A DNA stretch of 64,000 nt. Origin: Lophium mytilinum. Lineage: Eukaryota. Every line of letters begins with the position of its first letter. Position 1 is the stretch's first letter. The notes under the pieces are model-generated. The model searched no databases. It saw only the letters and a list, made by a program, of their open reading frames with translations, and was not told where the DNA came from. Position numbers and translations under genes: made by a program. Positions 1-15,475 of the stretch are shown here, one piece after another. Location: positions 2,418,001-2,482,000 of the forward strand of contig MU004183.1 of assembly GCA_010093605.1 (NCBI GenBank). Direction: 5' to 3'.

Positions 1-31
1 ATTACAAAACGCTTTCTCCTGCCTTTCTCTA

Positions 32-236
32 TATAATATTTCCAATTATGTAATGTAAGAATTTAGAGAATAATAGATATTAATTCTATATAGAAATCTA
101 GCTAGGCTATATATATATTAGAGAGGCCTATATAGGCCTTAATTATACTAGATCTATATAGAAAAGTATTTCTATAGTAGATCTATATATTATATATATA
201 ATATCTAAATATTAACTATATATTAAAAATTCTATA
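32..236 (-). repeat. 3' LTR of element A
   Basis: Aligns with 26258-26462; differences are almost all C/T and G/A transitions; adjacent to the PPT. Confidence 0.9.
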
Positions 237-3200
237 TTCTTCTCTTCTAGATCTAATTTACTACTAAATTATATTTATAATAGTATATTACGCTTACTAC
301 TTTACGCTATATATTATTAGTATATTAGGCTATTAGCTTCTTTAGAAGCTTTAAAGCTTCTAGGGGTATATAATACTATAAAAGGTATATTAGTAGGTAG
401 TAATATTATAGTAATATTACCTAAGAGGGGTTTAGAATTCTTTAGAGGTCTACTACTATATTAGTAGGAAATAATAGAGGTATTAGAATATTTAATAGCT
501 TAATAGTAAGAAAGAATTAGAAGAGATTATAAAGTATTTATAATAGAGGAAACTATAAGGTAATATAAATATTAGTATACTAGCGCGCATTAGATTCTAA
601 TATATAATTAGAGCTATAATAGCTAATAATAGGCTTATTAGAGATCTTATAAAGTCTCTTATAATCTAGTAAAAAGCTTATAATCTTATATAGGTCTAAG
701 AAGCTATTAGTATATTATAGAGTAGTAAGTAGTAATCTAGAAGTAATAGATTTAAGAATCTAGAGTATATATAAGGCCTTCTTAATGCTTTTATACTCTT
801 TTTTCTATACTTAACTTTCTTCTTTAAGGTTTAAGCTTCTTTTAACTTTAAAGATTTATTAAAGACTTTTATAGCTTCTCTTCTTATTACTATTATCTTT
901 CTTTATTAATTTCTTTATTAGGATTTTCTCTCTCTTAGCTTCTAGGCTACTTCTTCTTACTCTAAGTTAGTATTATAATATTACTTAATATCTAGCTAGG
1001 TTCTATAGCCTCTAGCTTACTCTATAGAAGAGGTAGAGATAATAAAGGTAATAATTCTTTAGACTCTAGCTATAGTTATAAGGTTCTACGCTCTTATAAA
1101 TACTTAGATATTTTAGCTTATAAAGCCTTATAGGCCTATAGTAAGTTTCTAATAATAGTTTAGCTCTTTCTTTTAATAAAGCTAATAAGATCTAGTTACT
1201 ATTATACTTATATTAATTATTAACCTTCTAATAGTTTAGAGGTTCTATAATCTATACTATATATAGCTAATAGCCTTTAATAACTTTATTCTACTTTCTT
1301 AAGCCTTTTAATGCTATACTATAGCTCCTAATTATCTAAACTACGCTAAATACCCTCTAAAGTTTAAAGGTAGTAGTAGAGCTTAGAGAAATATACTACT
1401 TTAAGGATTCCTTAGTAATATTAGAGATAATAAACTAATTTTAAATAAGAACTATAGCTATACTTTATACTTTATAGGGCTTCTTAAATAGTATTTAGGC
1501 TTAAGGGTAGATTATAGTAAGAATTCTAGGGCTTCTTCTACCTTTAGGGCCTATAACTACTACTTAAGAATATTCTTAGAAGGCTATTAGTTTAGTAAAT
1601 ATATTTAGGCTTATAATCTAGATAGTTCTTCTCTCTACTAAGAATTCTATATAGAATATTATTAGCAGGGTAGTAAGAAGACTTATTTATTCTAAGATAA
1701 GTTTAGCTTTACTTTTAAAGTATCTTAGAACTTAGCTAATACCTATTATAGAAGGGTAGACTCTAATAGCTTATTAAAAGACTACTAGGGCTTATATTTA
1801 ATAAGGTTACTATAATATTACTAAGTTTATATCTTCTCTTTATAACTAAAAATCTATTAAGAATCTAGCTAAGAATATAGTGCGCTTAGCCTTAGCTATA
1901 TAGCTACTAATAGAATTAATTTAAAGAAAGACTACTATACTACTATATAATCTAGGTATTTCTTATACTTCTAAATCTTTAATAGCTTAATATTATCTAT
2001 AGGGCTTTAGTAGTACCTCTACTTAGGCTTCTAGTTTAAGATCTAGCTTTTAGTAATTATCTATAGCTATATTAGGTTTAGAAAATATAGCTACTTTAGG
2101 TTCTAGTACTTAAGGTTTAAGGTAATACTTTCTAACCTCTTCTACTTAGCCTTTAACTTCTCTAACTTCTTTAACCTTTTATTATTTTTCTTTAGGTTCT
2201 CTATAGCGCTTTTAAGAGCCTACTTCTAATATACTATTAAGCCGCCGCTTATTCTAGTTATTTATTAGTAATAATAATAACTCTACTAGAGAGACCCCTT
2301 TAAACTCTACTTAGTATTAGATAGGCTCTTTAAATGCTATTCTCTAGAAGAATAGGGCTAGTAAGTATAGCTAAAATATATTAACTTAGAGCGCGCCTCT
2401 AAAATAGCCTTAGAAGAATAATAATAGCTATTCTAGTAGTAGTAGTAGCTATAGAAGTCCTAGTAGAAGAAGTCCTAGTAGTAAAATAGCTACCTAGAAG
2501 AACTAAGAGTATATTAGCTTAGCTAGTATTAATAGAAAAGTATTAATTTTCCCTTCTCTTCTAGATATAAGAAGGGTTAAGTATAATAAAAGTATAAGCT
2601 TAGCTTAGTTAATCTCTAATATAGGTTCTTAAATTTATTATCTTTTTAATTCTCTAAAGATAAAATATAGCTAAATAAGTAATAATAAAGAATTAAATAC
2701 TTAAATCTAAATTAATAAAGGAAATCTAGGTAATAAATATATAGAGTTCTTCTAACACTCTATTAGCTTAGAATAGAAGTGCTATTTAAGCTCTCTTACG
2801 CTTTCTTCCGCGTAACTCTATATTAAGAGCTTAGGTGGGTTATATTATAGGTGCATTAAAATTACTATCTAAATCTAACTTATAATTACTACTAGTATTC
2901 TTATTATCTTTAATATCTATTATACTAGTATTACTACTAGAGGAGCTCTCTAATTATATATTAGAGCTAGCATTCTTATTTAAGGACTTATTATTTATAC
3001 GCATTTTAGTATTCTTAGCTCTTAAGTTAATCTCTTTATTTTATAGCTCTGCAGTATTATTAGTTTAAATAATAGTATTACCCCTTAGCCGTATAATAAT
3101 AGTATCCCTATTATACTTATTATTATCTTAGTGCATAGTATTAGGTAATTAGGTAGTAGTATTTATACTCTTAGATATTCTATTACTATCTTAAGCTATT

Positions 3201-3699
3201 TTTAATAGTTTCCTCTTATTAATATCTATAGCCAGCACTAATATATTATTAGGTTATTCTACGGGTGCTATATAATTACTAGTTCCCTACAGAATATTAA
3301 GGTTATTTTAACTTATCTCTAGCTTATATATATAAACTTTCTAATAGATATTTATAGTAGTCTTACCTATATCTTTATATTATATAACTATAAAGCTAGT
3401 AATCTATACTAGTATAATAGTTAATTAACTCTTCTTAGGTTTCTTTTTCTTAGTAGCCTATTAGTTTCTCTTAAGAACTCTCTTTTTAAAATCTCTTAGT
3501 GTTTAATATAGCTTTAGTTTAGGTAGTTTCTAAGTATTCTCCTTCCCTTTCTAGAAGAGCTCCGCGCCCTTATACTACTATTTTAATTAATACTTAGTAA
3601 TCTTTTAATTCTATTCTACTTTAGAAATTATAGTAAACTTAGACTATAGCTTTCTATTAGTATTATCTATATCTAATATATCTATAATAGCATTATTAC

Positions 3700-6400
3700 T
3701 AGGTTTAACTTCTTCTTAATATATAGTATACTCTTTATTAGTGTTATTAAAATCCTCTTAGTTTTAAAGTACTTAGTTGTCTTCTAATATATTATTAGAA
3801 TATTCTAAGCTATATTTAGGGTCTTTTTAGTTCTAAAACTTTATATAAGCATTAATGCGTATATTTACTAACCTATCGCCGTAAATAAGGTTCTTTAATA
3901 CTTAATTAGTAGGCGTTTAAAGTATATAGGTACTAAGAGAATAAGTAGTAATAATCTTAAATAGACTAAACTATTTTACTCTAAATTTCCTCTTAACCTT
4001 ATTTTAAAGGAGTACCTAGAAACTAATCTTTTATTAAGTAACTAGGTACTTCTTAGATAGAGGTTGTAGATTCTATAGGCCTGCTATAATTACTTTCTTT
4101 AGTAGCCAATCTTCTACTAGTATATATGCGTGTTAAACTTTTCTAATATAGGCTAAATAATACTCTAATTTAGCTTCTTTATCTATAGTCTTATTAAAAG
4201 CCGGTATTAAAGTATTATTAGGCACTTAAGAACGTCTACTATATATAAGGTAGTAGAGAGTATAGCTATAGAAGGTATTTTAAGTATATATTATATATAC
4301 TGCAGCTAGCAACTAGGTATTCTATATAGCTATATCTTAATTAATTATTAGCTTTATAAGGATATTCTCTAAGACTCTATTAAGCCTCTCTATTTTACTA
4401 TTTACCTAAGGGTAATATAGTATTATAATATTATAGCGAGTCTTAATAAGCTTTTATAGTACTATAATAACTTTAGAAAGAAAGTTTAAACTATTATTAG
4501 AAGTAAATACTACTAGGGGTCTATACTAGTAGTAGATTCTTTTATAGATAAATATTACTATAGTCTTAGCTTAAGTATTAGAAAGTACTACAGCTTTAGG
4601 CCAACCTATAGCATAATTAATAGTAGTAATAATCTAGTAATTCCTATAGATTAATTATAGTAATCTACTAATTAAATTAATACCCTATTTATTAAATAGA
4701 TCTTAATCTTTAACCTAATAAAATATTAGTTTATAAATAATCTTTTCCTTCTATACTAGCTAGTATAAGGTATACTTATAAGCGTATTTATTAGTATTAT
4801 AACTTATTATTAGCTACTAGCTATATACTTATAGGGCCTTCTACATACTATAGTATATAAAGTAGCCTAGCTAGTAGATTCTATTAAGGACCTATTAATA
4901 ATAGAATAGTATAATATATAGTATAGTATTTTTAAGAGTATATAGATTTAAATTACTATTAGGTTTATAGAAGTAATAGTATAGTTCTTCTTTTAGAATT
5001 ATAAAGTTCTAATATAGGGATAGATAGATTCTTTAGTAGTAAAGCTAGTGTTATTTTAATTTAGCCTCTAATAGCTATTTAGAGAGAGTAGACTTAAAGC
5101 CTATNNNNNNNNNNNNNNNNNNNNNNNNNNNNNNNNNNNNNNNNNNNNNNNNNNNNNNNNNNNNNNNNNNNNNNNNNNNNNNNNNNNNNNNNNNNNNNNN
5201 NNNNNNNNNNNNNNNNNNNNNNNNNNNNNNNNNNNNNNNNNNNNNNNNNNNNNNNNNNNNNNNNNNNNNNNNNNNNNNNNNNNNNNNNNNNNNNNNNNNN
5301 NNNNNNNNNNNNNNNNNNNNNNNNNNNNNNNNNNNNNNNNNNNNNNNNNNNNNNNNNNNNNNNNNNNNNNNNNNNNNNNNNNNNNNNNNNNNNNNNNNNN
5401 NNNNNNNNNNNNNNNNNNNNNNNNNNNNNNNNNNNNNNNNNNNNNNNNNNNNNNNNNNNNNNNNNNNNNNNNNNNNNNNNNNNNNNNNNNNNNNNNNNNN
5501 NNNNNNNNNNNNNNNNNNNNNNNNNNNNNNNNNNNNNNNNNNNNNNNNNNNNNNNNNNNNNNNNNNNNNNNNNNNNNNNNNNNNNNNNNNNNNNNNNNNN
5601 NNNNNNNNNNNNNNNNNNNNNNNNNNNNNNNNNNNNNNNNNNNNNNNNNNNNNNNNNNNNNNNNNNNNNNNNNNNNNNNNNNNNNNNNNNNNNNNNNNNN
5701 NNNNNNNNNNNNNNNNNNNNNNNNNNNNNNNNNNNNNNNNNNNNNNNNNNNNNNNNNNNNNNNNNNNNNNNNNNNNNNNNNNNNTAATATAGGTATAGTT
5801 ATAAGGTATTATTTATAATAGCTTAAAAGGTAGTAGAAGCATTATAGAGGCTAAAAAGTATAACTAGAAATTTAAATTTTTCTTTAATTATATTAAAAGT
5901 AGTTTTATAAATGTCTAATTAATAAACGCGCAGCTAGTAATATCTAGAGGTTAAATTAATCTTAGTAAAGAATCTAGCCTTTCTAAATAACTATAGGTAG
6001 TTATTAATATATAGTAGGGGGTAGATATTCTTTTAGGTTACTAGATTAAGTACTCTATAGTTAATATATATTTACTACTTACTATTTAGCTTTAGAATAA
6101 AAAGAACTAGAGATCTCTAGGCACTAATAGACTCTTAGATAAGGCCCTATTCTAGTAGCTTATAGATCTATTAAGTCTATTCCTCTATTTAATAATATAA
6201 GAGGCGGTATATAGTATTATTTACTAGCTTTATATCTCTAGTATTAATTAAATAGTTATATCTACGCTTAGGTAGTAGAACATTAGAGAGAATATTATAG
6301 AAATAAGGTCTATACTCTTTAAAAAGCTTTTAAAACTTCTTTTATATAGAAGTAGTAATATAATTAATTAGGGGTAATAAATTCTTATCTTCTAATAGTA
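3700..6400 (-). pseudogene. RIP-inactivated pol of element A (RT, RNaseH probably in the gap, integrase, GPF/Y motif)
   Basis: Recognisable RT and integrase motifs in RT-then-INT order (gypsy order), with many TAA/TAG stops. Boundaries approximate. Confidence 0.8.
5105..5784. other. Assembly gap (680 N)
   Basis: Run of N. Confidence 1.
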
Positions 6401-6559
6401 GATTAGTGCCGGGTTATAGTACCTAATCTAGTGTTAGTTTATTAGAAGCTTTTATAATATAAAGGTAAGTAGAATTAAGCTTATCTACTAAGAGCCTTTT
6501 ATACTCCTAATAGGATATTACATTAATAAAACCCTAGTATTCTAGTTTAGGAAGACTAA

Positions 6560-7657
6560 GGTCTATAATAGAGCTTAATGCATTAAGCTAATAAGCTACT
6601 AGTTTAATCTTTAGATTGCGGCTAACCTGCGTTTATAAGGTAATAGAATTAGTAAAGAAGTTAATAATAGCTTAGTATTACTATAGCTAGGTTATACTAA
6701 GAATATATTAATACTTTTTAAGGTTAAGAATATATGCGGTTAGAGTACCTAATAGCGTATAGATCTTAAATAGAATCTCTAAGGCTTTTATACTAATTAT
6801 AGTTATACCTAAAGAGAGTTTAACTACCTTAGGGGCTATTATTTTAACATTTCTTAGCTAATATTAAGCATGCTTTAATAACATGTAGACGGAATTAGCG
6901 CTATAGTTAATTAAGAAGGTAGTTCTTTTCTAATAGTTAGATAGTTCTAAAGTTCCCTTATATTTTAAAAGATATTTACCTAGAAAGTTAAGGTAGTAGA
7001 TTCTTTCTTTTATTAATTTAATAATAATTTAGTTAGAAGGATTATTAAAGGGCGGCTAATTCTTTTCTATTATAAGTTTATAAAAAGTAGAAGTCTTATC
7101 TTTNNNNNNNNNNGGTCTATAATAGGGCTTAATATATTAAGCTAATAAGCTACTAGTTTAATCTTTAGGTTGCAGCTAACCTGCGTTTGCAAGGTAATAG
7201 AATTAGTAAAGAAGTTAATAATAGCTTAGTATTACTATAGCTAGGTTATACTAAGAATATATTAATACTCTTTAAGGTCTAGAATATATATAGTTAAAGT
7301 ACCTAATAGCATATAGATCTTAAATAGAATCTCTAAGGCTTTTATACTAATTATAGTTATACCTAAGGGGAGTTTAACTACCTTAGGGGCTATTATTTTA
7401 ATATTCCTTAGCTAATATTAAGCATGCTTTAATAATATATAGACGGAATTAGCGCTATAGTTAATTAAGAAGGTAGTCCTTTTCTAATAGTTAAATAGTT
7501 CTAAAGTTTCTTTATATTCTAAAAGATATTTACCTAGAGAGTTAAAATAGTAGATCCTTTCTTCTATTAATTTAATAATAATTTAGTTAAAAGAATTATT
7601 AAAGGGCGGCTAATTCTTTTCTATTATAAGTTTATAAAAAGTAGAAGTCTTATCTTT
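6560..7657. repeat. 544-bp duplication (6560-7103 / 7114-7657) flanking a 10-N gap
   Basis: Same sequence on both sides of N 7104-7113; the copies differ by transitions. Confidence 0.9.
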
Positions 7658-9649
7658 TAGATTAGTTAGTTGCTTTAAGGCTACTAACCCTTCTAGTTTT
7701 CTAATAGCTTCTTAGCTAGCTAAGTATAGTTGCGTTTAATATAGCCCTTCTTACTATAATTATAGTACTTATGCATATTAGTATTCTATTAAGTATTATC
7801 TTTACTATATTTACTATAGCCTTAACCGCGTTCTTAAGATCTAGTAGTATTTCTACCTTTAAAGGCATTAAGTTTAGCATTATCTTTAGTATCTAGATAT
7901 TTATATTTATTAGAATTAATATTAGTTTCTTAGAAGTAATTATTATCTAATTCTTTATTAGCCCTAGAGATAGTATTAAGGCGGCCCTAATAGTCTCTTA
8001 TTCTCTTATACTAGAAGATCTAATACTTATTAGTAGTAGCAACCCACGCTATCTATTTATTAAAATTAGAAGGGGCCTACGCTTAGGCGTTAATATAAAA
8101 CTTAAGGCTAGGTTTTAAACCTGCGCAGGCATATTAATATACTTTAAGATTAGATAGAGCTATATTAAGAGGGTATATATAAGCAGCTCTAATAAGCTTA
8201 TTAAAAAACTAATAAGTACTAGTTATCTACACTATTTTATTAAAGTAGCATTAGCGTTACTCTAGCGTATCTGCACTCTTATAGCGGCGGCTAAAGGTAG
8301 TAAAAAACTAATCTAATATAGTAAACTTAGTATTACCTTAGTAGTACTATTAAATATCTTAGTTCTATTAAATAGCCATAGTTCTAGCTATATAGCTGCT
8401 AGCTAGCTAAATCTTTTAAGTTTCTAGCATCTACTAGTAAACCTATTAATAGGCGTCTACTTATATAGTAATAAAGTTATATATTTAAACTATCTAGATA
8501 GGGTATATATTATTATTAACTTTACCTAACTATATAGCGGGAGTCCTTATAAGGACTTTAGGTAGCGCTATTAAATAAGGTTCTTTTATAGCTAATATTC
8601 TTTTAAAGGCTTATTAGAGCTCTTATATAGTTTATTCTAATATAGGCTTATTATAGTCTAGCATTAGATAATCTAAGAAAGCGTTAAATAATAGACTCTA
8701 GGAGTTAGTAGCACTCTAAGAAGTAGGCTGCTACTAGGGGTTATCTAATATATTCTTAATACAGGTATAGTAATTAGAGACTATAGCTTATAGCTATTCT
8801 AGTATAGTAGCCTACTACTATTATATAGAAGAAGCTAATATAGAACTAAAGAGTTCTAGTTTCTAGTAATCTATTATATACTCTATTATAGGGGCTTAGA
8901 AGCGTTAATAGCTATTTAAAGAAGATATAAATAATAGCCCTTAATAGGTAAGCTCTAGATTATAGGCTAGGGTACTACTATAAATAATTAGAGGACCTTA
9001 AACTAGTAGCTTAATAGGTTCTAGGGTAGCGGCCTACTTAGCCTATAAGGCTAACATTAGATTAGATAGATTATAAGATATAGTGCTAAACTAAGAGAGC
9101 CTTTAGAAGAGTCCTTAAAGGTTAAAAGGTAATCTATTAGAATAATAATATCTATTACTAGATATAAAAGAAAGCTAAGGGTTATAGAATATCTAAGAAT
9201 AAGAAAGAGTAGAAAAGAGTTAATAACTATAATATAATTAAAGTAAAGAGTAAGAAAAGGGTACTAAGATAGTAATATTAAGTTTCTTTCTTAAATGCTT
9301 TTTAATATCCCGTTAGAGAGGGAGGATTCTTAGAAGGACTTCTCCGCCTTCTTCTTATAATTAACTTATAAGAATTTCTAATTACTATATAATTATTAGG
9401 CTCTATTAAGCTATAATATTATTCTTCTTACTATCCTACTATTAATCTTACTTTAGTAGCTAATAGAACGCGTAGTTAGTTGCGTAGAAGTATTAAAAGG
9501 AATAGGAAAATCCTATAGTAATATTCTAGCTAAGGGCTCTTTAGACCTATACTATTTAATTTTTATAAGAATATTTATAATAGGTAGTTATACTATAACG
9601 CCGGCCTAATACTAATTAGGGGCTATTATTAATAGTTATTATTAATTAC

Positions 9650-9850
9650 TATTATAGCTATATATTTATATATAATATATAACTAGAGGTTATATAATAA
9701 AGGCTCTATAGAATAGGTAAACGTTGCTCCGCCCCTTTAGGTTATTATAATATCTATTCTAGAAACCTCTTCCTCTCTTATATTTATCTTTTATTAATAT
9801 TAATACTATTTAATTTAATAATTCTAATATTCTAACCTTAAGCCCTAATA
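9650..9850 (+). repeat. 5' LTR of element B
   Basis: Near-identical to 25838-26038; TSD adjacent. Confidence 0.93.
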
Positions 9851-12800
9851 TAAGATAAATACCCTTCTAGCTTCTAGGAGTAATAAAAGTAACCCCTAGA
9901 AAATTTTCCGTAATAGAGTACGCTCTTATAATAAGCTATAGTATACCTATATCTAGATAGCAACTATTAGTAGTATTATAGACCCCTAATAAAGACTATA
10001 CTTAATAATATAGTATCCTTCTATTAGCAGCGCCGCGGGCCCCTAATAAAGTAATCTAGCTATTATATATAAAGCTAGATAATAGACCTTATAACTATAG
10101 TAGATACTCTATAATAAGCCCCTATAATAAAGGGGTAGTAGTAGCACCCTAGAAAGTTCTTACTAATTCTTATTAATTACTTTAACGGCTCTATAACTTC
10201 TTCTTCTACCTATTACTATTATTAAATAGAGACTAATGCCTAGAAAGCTTAGTATAGATAATAGCGCGCGCGCGCCTAGTATTACTAATTAATTACTATT
10301 ACTATATAGAGACTAACACCCGGAAAGCTTAGTATTAATAATAGTAAGCCTAAGTATATACCTAGCGTTATAGAATAAGTACCTATATACTATCTATTTT
10401 CTATATACTATTTATTTTCTATATACTATCTATTCTAGTATACTACCTGCGCCTTATAAATACTAAACTTATTATTTACTATAACCTGCTAGGTAGTCCC
10501 GTAGATAGGCGCAACTAGTGCTACTAGTACTACCCTCTTAAACCTTCTACGCGTCTAAGAGTGCATAGTAAATAATCTAAATTTAACGGGTTCTTATATA
10601 TAAATTTAATACCTTACCCCTTTAAGTTTTCTTTCTTCTATACTAACTTTTTCTACCTTTTTATATAGCTAACTCTAACTACTATACTTTTAACCGCGCT
10701 AAAGCTCTATAGTTTAGTAACTCTATCTCTAGTAGATGCTCTACTGCTAGACGCCTATTTAGTAACGCTAATAGTATTTCTATTAACCCCCGCCGCATTA
10801 GCATTATATTATATTAAGAAGGCGCCTTTAACCTATAGTACCTTCTTATAGGAGATAATAATAATAATATAATATAGATTAATTATAGCCTATAGCCTTC
10901 TTTTATTTAGCCTATAAACTAACCCTTCTAAGCAACTTAATTCTAGTTATAGATACTAGCTACTACTTCTTAACTAGCTCTATCTATTAGACTAGTTCCT
11001 CTAGTAATACCCGCTAACCTATAATATTATTAGAATAAGTTTAGTACTATAGGTAAGCCTCTACTAGTTACTCTAGCTTCTCTAACTATAGAGAAGACTA
11101 TACTTCTACTTTCCTACATAGGTAGCTATATACTAGGCAACTTTAATTTACCTAAAGAACTTAAAAATATAACTGCTAGCCTTAATAATATAACTACTAG
11201 TCTTAATAATATAACTGCCGCCTATAATAAGAACTTCTTCTCTAACTTTAATTTAGCTAATAAATATAATTATTAAGAGAAGAAACGCTACTTTAGTAGT
11301 AATATAGATAATAAAGTTAATAAGCTCTAGATAGCCTACTAAGGTATTACTATTAATATTAATACTTTTAAGGTAACGGCCTACTATAATACTACCGCTA
11401 GGCCTAACTGCTAGTCCTGCAACTCTAACTATCTAAGAATAGTTCCGCCTTATAGTATGCCCTTCTCTAATATATTCCCTTTATAATACTAGTCTACCTG
11501 CATTAAGTTAATTATTAGATTTAATACCCCGGACCTAGCTTAGTAAGCGGCGGGTATAGAATAGAGTAATAAAACTAAGACTACTATAATACGTATTAAA
11601 AACTATTAATAATTGCGTATTATAATTATATAGTATATAAATAGCTCTATCTTTAAGATATACTATAGAGACGGAGCCTATAAATAATATAAACTATAAA
11701 CCCTATAGAACCTTATTAAGAATATCTAACTTATACTATAATAGTAGTAGAATTATATTATATTAGCCTATATAGACTATATAGACTATAAGTATAAAAT
11801 AAATATTACTATATAAGAATAAGACGCTGCTAATATAATAGTTCTTAGCCTAAATAAGAAGTATTTAAATACTAATACTAAACTCTTTAAGCTCTATATG
11901 TAGGTACGCACTCTTAGTAATATACTAGAAGCTGCAAAGATAGACTTAGTATAAGTGCGTTATAGGTAAGATAAGAAATACACCTAGTTTTAAGCTTAAA
12001 TAGGCTAGCTTAATAAGCTAGATATTATATACTAATAAGCCCTAGACTATATTACTTAGCTTAAAGCCTAACTCTATTAAAACTTACTAGTAGAATAACC
12101 TAATAATATATACGCGGCCCTACGTAGACATTAATCTAACTATAACTCTACTAATAATAACTCTCCTCCTCTACTAACGGGACTATATATACTTAACCTA
12201 GATAACTTCTAATATAATTATATGCTAGGTTAACACTTTAGTACTATAGAAGGTAGAGGCGGAGGTAATCTAGACCTAAGCTAGCTAGGCGGCTTTACCT
12301 AACTATAGGTTTATAGCCCCGCGTACCCTTAATATAAATAACTAGAATCTAGGCCTAAATATATATACCTATAGGATTTTAAATTAGAAGCTAAGGTATA
12401 CGCGGCCTAGAAGAATTACCTAATTTACTTAGTTTAAGTAGACTAATAGACTTACCCTACTACTATAACCTAGATCTAGCTTACTATTAGCTATTATAAG
12501 GGGCGCGCATATAAGGTTATAGAAGATTATAGTCTTCTTATATCTACTAACCTATATTAATTACTTAATAAGCTTATCTAGAACCTAGATACTATATTCT
12601 AAGAAAGTAACGCAGTCTATTATAATTGCCTTCTTAACTAGCTTAATAGCTATAGCATAAAATAGCGTTCTAATAAGAAGACGTCTAACTTTCTATAATA
12701 CCTTAATATTATTCTTAATAGACTTAAGTATAGTTAAATTAATAATAGTCTTATAACTTATTACTAACACCTTAAGAAAACGCTGTATATAAATCTTACT

Positions 12801-15264
12801 AAATATATTAACTTTAGTTTATTAATCTAGTACTAGGTAAAAGATAATATTCTATATAAAGACTATTACCGCATTTAATAAGAAAAGTAAGCTAAAGATA
12901 AACTTCTAGCTATATAAATCTTAGCATGCTATCTAAATAATATATACGCGTAGAATAGCTATTATAATTTAAATTAAGCCTAGCGTAGTAAAGTATCTAC
13001 TACTAAGACTAATAATTAGGTTATAGTTAAGAAGACTACTACTATTCTACTACTAAGTATCCTACTATACATCCGGCTACGCCTTAGTAAGAAAGAACGC
13101 TGCTTTAGCTGCTTTAAGAAAAACTACCGCGCCGGCAACTCTAAGTATCCTATAGTTAGAAAGACTATAATAGAGTTTTAGCGTAATAAGCGCCTTATAG
13201 CTGCTAGTATTAATAGTATTAAACTTAATACTTTTAAGTATAGTAGTAATAAGAAGTGCTAGTATAAATATAAATATAAGAACTATAACTAGAAGAAAGA
13301 TAACTACGCAGTTTACTCTAATTACTTAGAAAATACTTAATCTCTAATAAAAGTTATTATTAGAGATAGTTAGAAGACACGCTAGCTTAAGTTCTTATAT
13401 ATATTTAAGAGCTTAAGCTACCTCCTCTAAAACTACTAGATATTAAGCTCTCTATATACGCTATTAGACTTACTCCTCTCTCTAGTAAGTAAATAGACTT
13501 TAACTATAAGATTATTACTTTAACTAGAATAGTTAAATTAACTATTCTTATAGATTCTAGATATAGCGGCTTTATATTTATTTCTATAAGCTTTATAAAC
13601 TACTATAAGCTTAATATCTATAAAGCTACTCTATATAATATTAAACTACTAAATAGTTCTATATTAGTTATTAATAAAGCGGCTAAAGTTACTATATAAA
13701 TTAAGAGCTACTATAATAAGTTCTAGGCTCTAATTTATAACCTAAAGGGCTATAATATTATTCTTAAAATAGGCTAGCTTATAATGCATAATGCCTATAT
13801 AAAATTTAGTACTAGAATAATATAACTAGATTTAGACTACTACTATTTTTAATACCTAGTTAATTATAAACTAGTCTATATCTAGTCTAAAGACCCCATT
13901 GCTTGCACTAGTAAGCGCCTATTCTAGTAGAAGCTTAACGCTTAGCTTACTACTTTTAAAGCACTTAATATTAATATAGTATCTAGTAATAAGTATTTAT
14001 ATAACTTCTAGTAATTACTAGAAGAAGATACTATCTATATATAGCCTAAATATTTTAAGCTAGCGCTTATAGATAAGAAAGTAGAAGCCTAAGCGCGCGC
14101 TAAAGAACGCCTATATAAACCTAGTAATATTATTCTAGGTCTAGCTAATTTTACTAATAACTTAGTAGCTATTAGTCTCTATATAATATTAAAAGACAAC
14201 TAATAGAAATTCTTTAAGAAAATAGAGCGTAAACTAATAACCTGCAATAAACTTAAAGTATTAGTACCTATAGAATATTATAGCTTCCTTAATATATAGA
14301 ACCTAAAGAAAGCTAATAAGCTACTACTATACTATAAGGCTAAAGATAGTATAAATATTAACTACTATATTAATATTAAACTAGAAACTAAGGCCCTAGC
14401 TTATAAAGTCTACGGCCTTTTATAAGATAAAATATTAGTTATTAAAACGTTTATTAATAAGATATATAGAAAAGAATATATTTATAAAAGTAATAGTTAG
14501 TATACTACTCTAGTAATTATTATTTATAAATTTAGAAGAGGCTTATACATCTATATTAACTACCGCGGACTTAATATAGTTACTATTAAGGCCCGTAATA
14601 TACCTCCCGCTATAAAGGATACTCTTACACTTTTAAAACACGCTTAATACTATATAAAATTTAATATTATTACTGCTTTTAATACTATTAGAATATAAAA
14701 GAGTAATAAAAAGTATATAGCATTCTTTATAAGGTATAGTTTATTTAAATTTACTATTCTACCCTTTAGCCTATGCAACGCCCTAGTAACCTTTTAGGCC
14801 TTTATTAATAATATACTCTTAGAGTACCTTAATAACTTCTATATAGCCTATCTTAATAATATTCTTATCTTTAGTAAGATATTAGAGAATTATATAGGCT
14901 ATATTAAGAAGGTTCTCTAATAACTCTATAAGGCTAGTCTCTTTCTTAATATTACTAAGTATAAATTCTATAAATAAGAAGTTAAATATTTAGGCGTTAT
15001 TATTAGTATTAACGGCCTTAAGATAGATCTAGCTAAAGTTAAGATAGTTATTAACTAGCCCTAGCTATAAAACCTATATAATATATAAGCCTTTCTAGGC
15101 TTCTATAACTTTTATAGACGGTTTATTATTACCTATTCTAATATTATAGAACCCCTTACTAGGCTTACTAAAGTAGAGGTCTATAAATAGTTTATATTTC
15201 TATAGTAAGAAGGTAGTTTAGAAGACTTCTTCTTTAAGTAAATAAAGTAAGCATTTATTAACGC

Positions 15265-15475
15265 TGTAGGGGGCCGATATAATATAAGTAATAAGGTGTA
15301 TTAACTATTATAAAAATCTAAGCTAAGGAGGAGAAAGAGAGCTAGGAGCTCTTAAGAGGTTATAGTTTAAGGCCGGCGCACAGGCCGCAGCCTAGCGCGT
15401 CTTGCTTAGGTTATGTAAGGGGCGGCACGTAACCTTAGCATATAATTATTAGAATTCTAGGTTTATACTATAATA
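15265..15475 (-). repeat. 3' LTR of element C
   Basis: Direct repeat of 22750-22960; PPT adjacent. Confidence 0.95.
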
